This document shows, one piece after another, positions 36,670 through 46,095 of a stretch of DNA of 64,000 nt; position 1 is the first letter of the stretch; each line of letters starts with the position of its first letter. Origin of the DNA: Eubacteriales bacterium. Its GTDB lineage: Bacteria; Bacillota; Clostridia; Oscillospirales; CAG-272. The stretch is from assembly GCA_045545665.1 (NCBI GenBank), contig JAZQBL010000049.1, forward strand, positions 4,631 to 68,630, given 5' to 3'. The position numbers were made by a program, and so were the translations under genes. Under the pieces are notes generated by a model that saw nothing but the letters and a program-made list of their open reading frames with translations, had not been told where the DNA came from and did no database searches.

Positions 36670-36797
36670 GTGCGTGCAGAGGATTTTGCGATGTGTGTTA
36701 ATATTTTGGCTACATTTCATATTTATTTTAAAATGAAAGTATATTTTTTAATATATCCGTGGTATGATAAGTTGATAATGTTAAATTTAAAGGTGAA

Positions 36798-38135
36798 ATG
36801 ATGCTTAAAATTGGTTTTGTATCACTCGGTTGCAGTAAAAACCAAGTGGATACCGAAGTGATGCTTCATCTGCTTGATGAAAAAGGATATGAGATAACTA
36901 CCGAGGAAATAGACGCTGACGTTATAATAATCAATACGTGTGCGTTCATTGAAAGCGCAAAGAAGGAAGCTATCGACAATATACTTGATATAGCGTGGCT
37001 CAAGGAGCACAGAAAGCTGAAAAAGATAATCGTCACGGGATGTCTTGCCGAAAGATACCGTGAGCAGATACTTGAGCAGATGCCCGAGGTCGATGCGGTC
37101 GTCGGTGTCGGAAGTATATACGATATTTGCGAAGCTGTTGAAAAAAGCCTTAAGGGAGAAAGATATACGTCCTTCAAAGACAAAAACACGTCTCCTTTGG
37201 GAGGCGGCAGAGTAGTTACGACGCCCACACATTCAGCTTACATAAAAATAGCCGAAGGATGCGATAACAAATGCACCTACTGTGCTATTCCGCTTATAAG
37301 AGGAAAATTCCGTTCAAGAACTATAGAAGATATAGTCGAGGAAGCAAAGCTTTTTGATAAAGACGGAACGAAGGAGCTTTCTTTGATAGCTCAGGATACG
37401 TCACGTTACGGTGTTGATATCTACGGAGAATATTCGCTTGTTAAGCTTATACGCGCAATATGCGAAAATACGTCGATCCCTCACATACGTCTGCTTTATT
37501 GCTACCCCGATAAAATAACAGACGAGCTTGTTGCTGAAATACGTGATAACGACAGAGTGCTTAAATATATCGACCTTCCGATACAGCACATAAATGACAG
37601 AGTTCTTTCGGCAATGAACCGCCACGGCGGAAGTGCGGTAATAAAAGATGCTGTAAAGCGTTTGAGAGATGCCGTGCCCGGTATAGTTATAAGAACGACA
37701 GTTATCGTCGGCTTCCCGGGTGAAACGGAAGAAGAATTTGCAGAGCTTGTTGATTTTATAAAAGAAACAAAGTTCGAACGTCTCGGTGCTTTCACGTATT
37801 CAAGAGAAGAAGATACGGAAGCTTACGACTTTGAAGATCAGATAGACGAAGACGTAAAGGACGAACGGCTTGATACCGTAATGACTGTGCAGGCGGAAAT
37901 AGCGTGCCGGTACAGCGAATCGAAGATCGGAGAAGTGCTTGAAGTGCTTGTCGATGAGTACGACGGCGCCGCAGGCGCATACGTCGGACGAAGCTATGCC
38001 GACGCCCCCGACGTTGACTGCTGTGTATTTTTCGACGTTGACGGAGATAAGACAAAATATAAATCGGGAGATACGGTGAAAGTTAAAATAACCGATTACG
38101 AAAGCTACGATCTTATCGGCGAATCGGTACAATAA
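36798..38135 (+). CDS. rimO: ribosomal protein S12 methylthiotransferase RimO
   Basis: UPF0004 N-terminal domain (VSLGCSKNQVDTE), radical-SAM motif CDNKCTYC, and a C-terminal TRAM domain. Confidence 0.92.
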   Translation: MMLKIGFVSLGCSKNQVDTEVMLHLLDEKGYEITTEEIDADVIIINTCAFIESAKKEAIDNILDIAWLKEHRKLKKIIVTGCLAERYREQILEQMPEVDAVVGVGSIYDICEAVEKSLKGERYTSFKDKNTSPLGGGRVVTTPTHSAYIKIAEGCDNKCTYCAIPLIRGKFRSRTIEDIVEEAKLFDKDGTKELSLIAQDTSRYGVDIYGEYSLVKLIRAICENTSIPHIRLLYCYPDKITDELVAEIRDNDRVLKYIDLPIQHINDRVLSAMNRHGGSAVIKDAVKRLRDAVPGIVIRTTVIVGFPGETEEEFAELVDFIKETKFERLGAFTYSREEDTEAYDFEDQIDEDVKDERLDTVMTVQAEIACRYSESKIGEVLEVLVDEYDGAAGAYVGRSYADAPDVDCCVFFDVDGDKTKYKSGDTVKVKITDYESYDLIGESVQ

Positions 38136-38150
38136 GGAAGGTATTGGAAG

Positions 38151-38738
38151 ATGAATTTACCAAATAAGCTTACAGTTTTAAGAATAATTATGATACCCAT
38201 GGTTATGGTGTTTATCTTGCTTCCTGTCGAAGGATCGTGGAATCTCTTTGCGGGAGCGGCATTATTTCTTATAGCAACTCTTACGGATTTTGCCGACGGC
38301 GCAATAGCAAGAAAATATAACCTTGTTACGAATTTCGGAAAATTTCTCGATCCTCTGGCAGATAAATTTCTCGTTTTCGGTACGTTTCTTGCAATGATAG
38401 CAAGCGATATACAGAAGTTCTGCGATATGAAGTTCTGGCTTTCTCTTGCACTCGCTGTAATGATATTCCGCGAGCTTGCGGTAACTTCTATCCGTCTTGT
38501 TGCAAAAAGCTCCGACGGTACGGTGATCGCGGCGGCTATGCTCGGTAAGATAAAAACGGCATTTCAGAGTGTTTGCATAATATATCTGCTCGTTTCCGAT
38601 GCTATCATACCCGACTGCTACGTAAAATCACACTACATAATCGACTACGTGCTTTTGACAATAACCGTTATACTTACGGTCGTGTCAGGTATGCAGTATA
38701 TTTCGAAATACGCAAAATACATAGACCATAAGGCGTAA
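38151..38738 (+). CDS. pgsA: CDP-diacylglycerol--glycerol-3-phosphate 3-phosphatidyltransferase
   Basis: NLPNKLTVLRI.., DFADGAIARKYNLVTNFGKFLDPLADK. rimO-pgsA synteny. Confidence 0.9.
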   Translation: MNLPNKLTVLRIIMIPMVMVFILLPVEGSWNLFAGAALFLIATLTDFADGAIARKYNLVTNFGKFLDPLADKFLVFGTFLAMIASDIQKFCDMKFWLSLALAVMIFRELAVTSIRLVAKSSDGTVIAAAMLGKIKTAFQSVCIIYLLVSDAIIPDCYVKSHYIIDYVLLTITVILTVVSGMQYISKYAKYIDHKA

Positions 38739-38774
38739 AAATCATCGTCTGTTAAGCAGAAAGGAAGAAAATAT

Positions 38775-40148
38775 ATGAAGATGTGGGAAGGACGCTTCAA
38801 AAAAGAACTTGCGTCCGAAGTAAATGATTTTAACTCGTCTTTGCCGTTTGACTGCAGAATGTATAAACAGGATATACTCGGAAGCATTGCCCATGCGGGA
38901 ATGCTCGCAAAATGCGGAATAATTACGGACGACGACGGAGAAAAGATAATAAACGGCTTGAAAGGTATACTTGCCGATTTTGAAAACGGTACTCTTACGT
39001 TTGATTCGGATGCCGAAGACATACATATGTACGTTGAGCAGATACTCACCGCACGCATAGGCGACGTCGGTAAAAAGCTTCATACGGCACGTTCAAGAAA
39101 CGACCAGGTCGCTCTCGATATAAGACTTTATTTAAGAGATTCCGCAAACGAAATAAGAAAACAGCTCATCCGTCTTATTGAAGTTATCTGTAATAAGATG
39201 GAAGAAAATATCCACACGGTCATGCCCGCATATACACATTTGCAAAGAGCACAGCCCGTTACGTTTGCGCATCATCTGTCTGCATACGGTCAGATGTTCC
39301 GCCGTGATATTCAAAGACTCGACGATGCGTACAAGAGAATAAATATGATGCCCCTCGGCGCTTGCGCCGTTGCAGGCACAACGCATCCCACAAACAGACA
39401 GCTCGTAGCTGACAGCCTCGAATTTGATTCGGTAACGGAAAACAGTATGGACAGCGTTTCCGACAGAGATTTTGTAATTGAGCTTTGCTTCGTTCTTTCT
39501 CTCATTATGATGCACCTGTCAAGATTTTCCGAGGAAATGATACTCTGGTGTTCAGCTGAATTTGCTTTCGTTGAGCTTGACGACGCATATTCAACGGGTT
39601 CGTCGATAATGCCTCAGAAGAAAAATCCCGATATTGCAGAGCTTACACGCGGTAAGTGTGCAAGAGTTTACGGAGATCTCAACACACTTCTCGTTATGAT
39701 GAAAGGACTTCCTTTGGCATATAACAAGGATATGCAGGAGGATAAAGAAGCAGTATTTGATGCTATCGACAATACCTCAATGTGCATTTCCATATTCACA
39801 AATATGCTCGATACTGCAACAGTTAAAGCTGATGCTATGCACAAAGCGGCAGAGGGCGGATATATAAACGCAACAGACTGTGCAGATTACCTTGCTAAAA
39901 AAGGCGTGCCGTTCCGTGATGCGTATAAGATAACGGGACAGCTTGTAGGCTATTGTATCGAAAACGGTAAAACGATGAATACGCTGACTCTTGAAGAATA
40001 TAAAGAATTCAGCGATATATTCGAAGACGACGTGTATCACGCACTTGATCTTAAAACGTGTGTCGAGGACAGAAAGAGCATCGGCGGTCCTGCTCCTGTA
40101 AGAGTAAAAGAACAGCTTGCTTCACTCAGAAGCTTTACAAAAGAATAA
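38775..40148 (+). CDS. argH: argininosuccinate lyase
   Basis: MWEGRF.., the lyase-1 signature GSSIMPQKKNPD, and ..TARSRNDQV... Confidence 0.95.
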   Translation: MKMWEGRFKKELASEVNDFNSSLPFDCRMYKQDILGSIAHAGMLAKCGIITDDDGEKIINGLKGILADFENGTLTFDSDAEDIHMYVEQILTARIGDVGKKLHTARSRNDQVALDIRLYLRDSANEIRKQLIRLIEVICNKMEENIHTVMPAYTHLQRAQPVTFAHHLSAYGQMFRRDIQRLDDAYKRINMMPLGACAVAGTTHPTNRQLVADSLEFDSVTENSMDSVSDRDFVIELCFVLSLIMMHLSRFSEEMILWCSAEFAFVELDDAYSTGSSIMPQKKNPDIAELTRGKCARVYGDLNTLLVMMKGLPLAYNKDMQEDKEAVFDAIDNTSMCISIFTNMLDTATVKADAMHKAAEGGYINATDCADYLAKKGVPFRDAYKITGQLVGYCIENGKTMNTLTLEEYKEFSDIFEDDVYHALDLKTCVEDRKSIGGPAPVRVKEQLASLRSFTKE

Positions 40149-40152
40149 TAGT

Positions 40153-40189
40153 AAAACAGACACAGAATGACGCTGTGTCTGTTTTTTTG
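40153..40189. terminator. bidirectional terminator between argH and the SLH protein gene
   Basis: acagacacag / ctgtgtctgt stem, 7-nt loop, TTTTTT on the plus side and AAAA before the stem. Confidence 0.8.
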
Positions 40190-41386
40190 CTATTTGTTTT
40201 CAGATATCATATTAAGGAGTAATGCGGCGCCGCGCCTGTTTAAATCAGCACCTTTATCACCGAAAGTACCCGTGCTTATTACGGTATCATCGAAGAATGC
40301 AAGTACGTCGTCGCCTTTTTCCTCTGAAAGTATCGCACGGGTGATTCTTGCCGCATCATATTCACTTATCGGTTCGTTTGGCGAAAATACCGTTTTTTCA
40401 TTGCTCGACACCTCTATCGGCAGACCGAGATTCAATGCAGTGATTATATATCCTCTTGCGTAAGATGAAATTGCGGTATCATCTTCAAAACCCGTGTTCG
40501 TCTGCGTATATATGTCGGGTGAGTAATTTGCACATTTCATCGCCATTACGACAAAGTCACTTCTCGATACCGTGCTTGACGGCGAAAAATACATATTATC
40601 TCCGATCTTTTCACCGACAAGTATTCCGCTTTCGGCAAGCTTCAGCGATGCGTACTGAGCTATGTCGTTTGACATATCCGAATAAACGATTCCCGACTTG
40701 TTTTTTGACGTTTTGACGGTAACTGTTGCAATATCGCTTACGTTTCCGTATTTGTCCATTACTCGGTAGGTGAACGAGTCTGTACCTTTAAAACCGCTGT
40801 GCGGGGTGTATTTGAATATTCCCGCCGCGCTGTCTGTAAAGGTGAGAAGGCCGTTTTCAGGCTGTGAGGTTATGATGTATTCCATCTCGTCACCGTCGCC
40901 GTCATCAGCTTTTAAGCGGGAAAAGACCGGAATATTCTCGGCAGTGTTTATTTTGAACGAGGTGCAGACGGGGGAAGAATTTTCTCGGTTTATCACGTAT
41001 AAAAGACACTTTGCATCACCGCATCCGAGAGATATATCGAAAGAACACGATACGCTTGATACAGTCGGCTGAAACGTGAGAAATTCTATGCCGTCGGCAC
41101 TTATGACCTGACCTGCAAAAACGTCAAGATTTCCGAATTTCAAGGTTCCGCATTTCGTGTCGGGCAGCGATCTTATCGTAACGGAATCAAAATCGCCGTT
41201 TGTGATACCGTAAAAGTCGCTTTTGGTAAATGAAATATTCTCACCGTACGTACAGGTCTTGATGACCTTTACGTCTTTTTTGATGAATTCCATACCGGGT
41301 GAAAGAATATTGCCGTATGCGTTATACGGAATCAGCGAAAAGACGGTAAAAGCAGTCAGAAAAAGACAAAGAAATTTTTTAAACAT
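40190..41386 (-). CDS. secreted protein with a cadherin/Big_9-like domain and three C-terminal SLH-like repeats
   Basis: Signal peptide. DGDGDEMEYIITSQPENGLLTF..FKYTPHSGFKGTDSFTYRVMDKYGNVS (bacterial cadherin-like). Three F.D/Y.D..... segments with the SLH pattern (..SRSDFVVMAMK.., ..SEYDAARITRAIL.., ..NRRGAALLLNMI). Confidence 0.7.
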   Translation of the reverse strand: MFKKFLCLFLTAFTVFSLIPYNAYGNILSPGMEFIKKDVKVIKTCTYGENISFTKSDFYGITNGDFDSVTIRSLPDTKCGTLKFGNLDVFAGQVISADGIEFLTFQPTVSSVSCSFDISLGCGDAKCLLYVINRENSSPVCTSFKINTAENIPVFSRLKADDGDGDEMEYIITSQPENGLLTFTDSAAGIFKYTPHSGFKGTDSFTYRVMDKYGNVSDIATVTVKTSKNKSGIVYSDMSNDIAQYASLKLAESGILVGEKIGDNMYFSPSSTVSRSDFVVMAMKCANYSPDIYTQTNTGFEDDTAISSYARGYIITALNLGLPIEVSSNEKTVFSPNEPISEYDAARITRAILSEEKGDDVLAFFDDTVISTGTFGDKGADLNRRGAALLLNMISENK

Positions 41387-41488
41387 ATTGACCCTCCCAA
41401 ATTTTATACTATTATTTTGTACAGAAATAAAAGGCTTATTCGGGATTTTTTATACCTTGAATAATTTTATAATAATTTTCCTTTTCTA

Positions 41489-41517
41489 TTGACATACAGA
41501 GCTTATTTTGGTAAAAT
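41489..41517 (+). promoter_or_regulatory. strong sigma-A type promoter
   Basis: TTGACA (41489-41494), 17 nt, TAAAAT (41512-41517). Confidence 0.6.
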
Positions 41518-41563
41518 AATACGGATAAAAAAACTAAGTTGAAAAAAAGAAAGGATATGTATT

Positions 41564-42205
41564 ATGATCAAAAAAATCGTTGCATTAACAATGGCTGCGG
41601 TCCTTGCGGCAGTATCTTTCACATCATGTTCAAAAGTGAAAACACCCGAAAAGCAGGAAAGCTTTGACGTTACGACAAAGGAGATTGTAAACGTAGTAAT
41701 GCTCCTTAACGACGGAAGAAGTATGGAATTTGAGCTTTATCCGAAAATAGCTCCCATAACGGTCCAGAACTTCGTTGACCTTGCTACAAGCGGATTTTAC
41801 GATGGACTTACCTTCCACAGAATAGTGTCGAATTTCGTTGTTCAGGGCGGCGACCCCAAGGGTAACGGCACAGGCGGCTCGGGTACGACAATAAAGGGTG
41901 AGTTTAAAGAAAACGGAGTGGAAAATAACCTTTCACACACTAAAGGCGTTATTTCAATGGCGCGTCAGTCAAGTCTTACAGGACAGATGGAAAACGAAGT
42001 TGACACGCTTATGGACAGTGCAACGTCACAGTTCTTTATCGTGCTTTCAAACAGCGCAAAGTCATCTCTTGACGGTAAGTATGCAGGCTTCGGAAAAATG
42101 ACGAAGGGCTTCGACGTACTTGAAGAGCTTGGCACAGTTGCTGTTGACGATAATGATAAGCCCTTGGAGGATATCGTAATAAACAGCGTAAGAGTTGCTG
42201 ATTAA
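41564..42205 (+). CDS. cyclophilin-type peptidyl-prolyl isomerase, lipoprotein form
   Basis: Lipobox SFTSC. Also FHRIV.NFVVQGGDP.GNGTGG. Confidence 0.9.
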   Translation: MIKKIVALTMAAVLAAVSFTSCSKVKTPEKQESFDVTTKEIVNVVMLLNDGRSMEFELYPKIAPITVQNFVDLATSGFYDGLTFHRIVSNFVVQGGDPKGNGTGGSGTTIKGEFKENGVENNLSHTKGVISMARQSSLTGQMENEVDTLMDSATSQFFIVLSNSAKSSLDGKYAGFGKMTKGFDVLEELGTVAVDDNDKPLEDIVINSVRVAD

Positions 42206-42216
42206 GGAGAAAACAA

Positions 42217-42687
42217 ATGATAAAAATAACAATGGCAGACGGCGGTGTAATGACTCTCGAGCTTTATCCCGAGATAGCACCCAAAACAGTTGAAAACTTT
42301 GAAACACTTGTAAAAAAAGGATTTTATAACGGACTTATTTTCCACCGTGTTATCGCAGGCTTTATGATACAGGGCGGCTGTCCCGACGGTAACGGAATGG
42401 GCGGTCCCGGATATTCCATAAAGGGTGAGTTTACGTCTAACGGATTTAAAAACGATCTTAAGCACACGAGAGGCGTTATCTCCATGGCAAGAGCACAGGA
42501 TCCAAACTCCGCAGGTTCGCAGTTCTTTATAATGCATAACGACAGCCCCCACCTCGATGGAGATTATGCAGCATTCGGTAAGCTTGTTGAAGGATACGAC
42601 GTTCTTGACAAGATAGCATCGGTTTCCACCGACTGGTTTGACAAACCCATGAAAGAACAGAAGATAGAAAAAATAGAGATTATTTAA
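42217..42687 (+). CDS. ppiB: cyclophilin-type peptidyl-prolyl isomerase, cytoplasmic form
   Basis: FHRVIAGFMIQGGCPDGNGMGGPGY.., SMARAQDPNSAGSQFFI. No signal peptide. Confidence 0.93.
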   Translation: MIKITMADGGVMTLELYPEIAPKTVENFETLVKKGFYNGLIFHRVIAGFMIQGGCPDGNGMGGPGYSIKGEFTSNGFKNDLKHTRGVISMARAQDPNSAGSQFFIMHNDSPHLDGDYAAFGKLVEGYDVLDKIASVSTDWFDKPMKEQKIEKIEII

Positions 42688-42699
42688 GGAGAAAAAAGT

Positions 42700-43416
42700 A
42701 TGAAGTACGGTATTCAGCTTTACAGCATTCGCGATATAGCGATGAAAGACTTTGAGCAGGCAGTTGAAAAGGTTGCAAATATGGGTTATAAAATGATAGA
42801 GTTTGCAGGCTTTTTCGGCAGAACGGCAGATGAAGTAAACAAGCTTCTTGCAGACAACGGCGTTGAGCTTTGGGGTACACACTCAAGCTTTGACGATCTC
42901 GTAAATAACTTTGACGAAACAGTCGCTTTCCATAAGGCTATCGGCAACAAAAACTATATCATTCCTTCGTACGATTTTTCAACAAAAGAAAAAATAGATG
43001 GATTCGTTGAGCTTGTAAACAAGTACCAGCCCTTGCTTGAAAAAGAGGGCATACGTCTTGCTTTCCACAACCACAGCTATGAATTCAGACCTAACGACGA
43101 CGGAATGATCCCGTGGGAAAGCATAATAAACAGAACGTCACTGTATCTTGAAATAGATACGTACTGGGCATTTGACGGCGGACTTGACCCTGTCCAAAGC
43201 CTTGAAGAATACAAGGACAGACTTATCTGCATCCATTTGAAGGATGGCTTCAAAGGCGGTAAGGGTATACCGCTCGGCAAGGGCGAAGCTCCCGTTAAAG
43301 CAGTTCACGCAAAAGCAGTCGAACTCGGCTTGCCCATAATCGTCGAAAGTGAAACGCTCACACCCAGCGGAGAAGACGAGTGCCGCACGTGCTTTGAGTA
43401 CCTTATGGCACTTTAA
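42700..43416 (+). CDS. sugar phosphate isomerase/epimerase (xylose-isomerase-like TIM barrel)
   Basis: Matches the AP_endonuc_2-type pattern (..LAFHNH..E.., ..IHLKD..). Confidence 0.8.
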   Translation: MKYGIQLYSIRDIAMKDFEQAVEKVANMGYKMIEFAGFFGRTADEVNKLLADNGVELWGTHSSFDDLVNNFDETVAFHKAIGNKNYIIPSYDFSTKEKIDGFVELVNKYQPLLEKEGIRLAFHNHSYEFRPNDDGMIPWESIINRTSLYLEIDTYWAFDGGLDPVQSLEEYKDRLICIHLKDGFKGGKGIPLGKGEAPVKAVHAKAVELGLPIIVESETLTPSGEDECRTCFEYLMAL

Positions 43417-43514
43417 TTGAATAAAAAATAAGAATTAAAGATCGGCAAGGGATTGGTTCCTTTGCCGATCTGTGTTATTACTTATTGAAGAATGAAAAAT
43501 CGGATCGAATAAAT

Positions 43515-44018
43515 TTACTGCATTTCGACGTCAAAAGTCAAAGCGAAGACGATATGCAGTTCTTTTGTGTCATCGTTCCATATAGCTGCTGTTGCGGAGT
43601 CTGTTCCTGTTTCCTCACTTCTGAAATAATAATATATATTTTCACCTTCAGGTGTTGAAAGCGACAATTTTTCGTATGCTTTTTTAAAGTATTCTGTCGT
43701 CTTTTGTTCAAGGTCGATCTTTGCCCATTCGGCGATGTTTGCAATTTTATCAAGCGTATTTGTTTCGGATGCAGAAAGCTCGGCTTTTATTACAGCAAAG
43801 CCCGTGCAATCTTCCGTTACGGAATCGTGTATTACGTTTATTACGGCATCATCGGGAAGTGTAAGATCCATTCCGCGCTCCATCGCTTCTGCGTAAAGGG
43901 AAGGATCGTTTTTCCCGATCTGATACCACACGTATCCCGTTTTTTCTTCTTCCGAGCATGAGCAGAGCTGTAAACAAAATATAAATACCGTTAAGAGCAG
44001 TAAAACTGTTTTTTTCAT
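43515..44018 (-). CDS. hypothetical lipoprotein
   Basis: MKKTVLLLLTVFIFCLQLCSCSEEE signal/lipobox. No family recognised. Confidence 0.65.
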   Translation of the reverse strand: MKKTVLLLLTVFIFCLQLCSCSEEEKTGYVWYQIGKNDPSLYAEAMERGMDLTLPDDAVINVIHDSVTEDCTGFAVIKAELSASETNTLDKIANIAEWAKIDLEQKTTEYFKKAYEKLSLSTPEGENIYYYFRSEETGTDSATAAIWNDDTKELHIVFALTFDVEMQ

Positions 44019-44175
44019 CTTGATACCTCACTTTTTTTAGATTGTAACATCATTTCACCAAAAAATCAAGACGTATACAAAAAATGCGTATGAATGACAA
44101 ATTTCTGTTGATTTTTTTCTTATTTTGTGGTAGTATAAAAACAGTAAAAAACATCGCATTTGAAAGGAATTTACG

Positions 44176-45957
44176 ATGAAAAACTATATTGATCTTTATC
44201 AGGATACGTGGGCTGCATCCGATGACTTGAAAAGGGAATTGCCTCTTGAAGTAAAGGTTTCGGAAAAAGACAGAAAAGTCGGCATTTTCTACTTTATGTG
44301 GCATCAGGGAAAAGACCGCGGATTTATGGATCACTCTTTGGCATACGCCATGGGAGGAATCGAGGAATTTGAAAAGGTTATGGCATCGGGAAGTCTTGGC
44401 TTCGGACACTATTGGGCAGAGCCTTATTTCGGTTACTACCGTTCTGACGACGAATGGGTAATAAGAAAGCACGTATACGAGCTTGCAGATGCCGGAATCG
44501 ACTTCATTTTCTTTGACGTAACGAACGGTCTTATATACCGTCCCGTTTGCGAAACGATATTGAAGGTATGGAGCGAGGTACAAAAAGAAGGCTATAAAGT
44601 ACCGCAGATAATGTTCCACGCGGGTGACAGCTTCGACAACGCAAAAAAATCGTTCGATGCTTTGTGGGATGCTTTTTATGCAGAAGGAAAATTCAAGGAG
44701 CTTTGGTTTGAATGGGAAAACAAACCTCTCTTCTTTGCACCTCCGAGCTTCGTGGAGTCACTCCCCGAGGAAAAGAAAAACTTTTTCACGTTCAGACGCT
44801 CCTGGGCAAACACAAATGATTCCTGGTATACGGACACAGACGGAAAAAATGCGTGGCCCTGGGCGGATATGCATCCGCAGAAGCCGGGAAGATCCGCAAC
44901 GGGTGAAATAGAACAGGCGATCGTAATGAGCGGATTCTGGGTAAACGGAAGCTACGGAACAAATGCAGGCAGAAGCTACAGCGGCGGTGTTCAGCCTCCG
45001 AACGAAAAAGAAAGGGACTACGGCTTTTCGCTCGTTAATAAGACCTCTCCTTTGGGACTTGCATTCCAGGAGCAGTTTGATCACGCAATAAACAATATCG
45101 ACCCTTCCTGTCTTATGATAATCGGCTGGAATGAATGGTGGGCAGGCAGATGGGATAACTATCTTCCCGGCGGAAAAAATCCCGCACAGGGGCAGAGAAT
45201 AGCCAATACGTATATAGTTGAAGAAACGGATCCGAACAGACAGAATTATTTTGTCGATAATCTCAACGGCGAATATTCACGTGACGTAGAAGCTGTAAAC
45301 GGCCTTTACAAAGATAATTACTATTATCAGATGGTTTCCAATATCAGAAGATATAAGGGTACAAGAGAAATACCGAAAGCATCGGGACAAAAGACGATAG
45401 ATATAAACGCTTGTCCCTGCCAGTGGGAAAACGTCGGCCCCGAATATCTTGACTATAAAGGCGACACCGTAAGACGTGACGCTATGTCGTATGTCGGCGG
45501 ATATCACTATACAAACGATACAGGCAGAAACGACTTTGTGAAAATGAAGGTCTCAACCGATGATGAATACGTGTATTTCTACGCTGAATGTGCTGAAAAT
45601 ATAACATCTCCCGTCGGAACGAACTGGATGAATCTTTTCATAAATTCCGACCGAAACGTATCAACGGGATGGCACGGATACAACTACATTATAAACAGAT
45701 ATCAAAACGGAGATCTTGCATCCGTTGAGCTTTTCAAAGACGGAGAATGGCTGCTCAAAAAAATCGGCGATGCCGAATATACGGTGAACGGTAACATTAT
45801 GCAGATAAAAGTTGCAAAATCTCTTATAGGAGTTGACAAAACTTTTGAATTCAAATGGGCAGATAATTCCGTTGCAGACGGTGATATAATGCACTTTATG
45901 GACAGAGGCGACGCAGCACCGAACGAAAGATTCAATTACGTATTTATAAAAGAATAA
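44176..45957 (+). CDS. cytoplasmic protein of unknown function, possibly a glycoside-hydrolase-like TIM barrel with a C-terminal beta-sandwich
   Basis: 593-aa ORF with a good RBS and terminator. GIFYFMWH.. and YWAEPYFGYYRSDDEWVIRKHVYELADAGIDFIFFDVTNG are reminiscent of GH-type (beta/alpha)8 proteins. The functional call is weak. Confidence 0.55.
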   Translation: MKNYIDLYQDTWAASDDLKRELPLEVKVSEKDRKVGIFYFMWHQGKDRGFMDHSLAYAMGGIEEFEKVMASGSLGFGHYWAEPYFGYYRSDDEWVIRKHVYELADAGIDFIFFDVTNGLIYRPVCETILKVWSEVQKEGYKVPQIMFHAGDSFDNAKKSFDALWDAFYAEGKFKELWFEWENKPLFFAPPSFVESLPEEKKNFFTFRRSWANTNDSWYTDTDGKNAWPWADMHPQKPGRSATGEIEQAIVMSGFWVNGSYGTNAGRSYSGGVQPPNEKERDYGFSLVNKTSPLGLAFQEQFDHAINNIDPSCLMIIGWNEWWAGRWDNYLPGGKNPAQGQRIANTYIVEETDPNRQNYFVDNLNGEYSRDVEAVNGLYKDNYYYQMVSNIRRYKGTREIPKASGQKTIDINACPCQWENVGPEYLDYKGDTVRRDAMSYVGGYHYTNDTGRNDFVKMKVSTDDEYVYFYAECAENITSPVGTNWMNLFINSDRNVSTGWHGYNYIINRYQNGDLASVELFKDGEWLLKKIGDAEYTVNGNIMQIKVAKSLIGVDKTFEFKWADNSVADGDIMHFMDRGDAAPNERFNYVFIKE

Positions 45958-45965
45958 TCAAAATA

Positions 45966-46009
45966 GGCCGACTTGATGTGTATTTTACAGTCAAAGTCGG
46001 CTTTTTTTC
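45966..46009 (+). terminator. rho-independent terminator
   Basis: ggccgacttga / tcaaagtcggct stem with one bulge, followed by TTTTTTT. Confidence 0.75.
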
Positions 46010-46041
46010 AAAAAAAATAAAAAATCCCCCTGCGTAAGGTA

Positions 46042-46072
46042 TTGCTTGTGACGCTGGGTAATGGTGTAGAAT
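46042..46072 (+). promoter_or_regulatory. candidate MerR-type promoter with a 19-nt spacer
   Basis: TTGCTT (46042-46047), 19 nt, TAGAAT (46067-46072). CTTGTG/CACAAG inverted repeat brackets it (46045-46050 / about 46078-46083). Confidence 0.35.
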
Positions 46073-46095
46073 AAGGACACAAGGAGGTGAAAGCT

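Noticed and set aside
41564-42687. Considered the tandem cyclophilin genes as an unusual duplication.
   Set aside because: This is an ordinary pairing of a lipoprotein (exported) and a cytoplasmic PPIase. Both look intact and nothing else is anomalous.
42202-42882. 226-aa minus-strand ORF.
   Set aside because: It is antisense to ppiB and to the start of the isomerase gene, both of which have strong family motifs.
44050-44619. 189-aa minus-strand ORF overlapping the 5' end of the 44176-45957 gene.
   Set aside because: It has no RBS, its composition is odd (F/Y/R/K-rich), and it spans the promoter region of the plus-strand gene.
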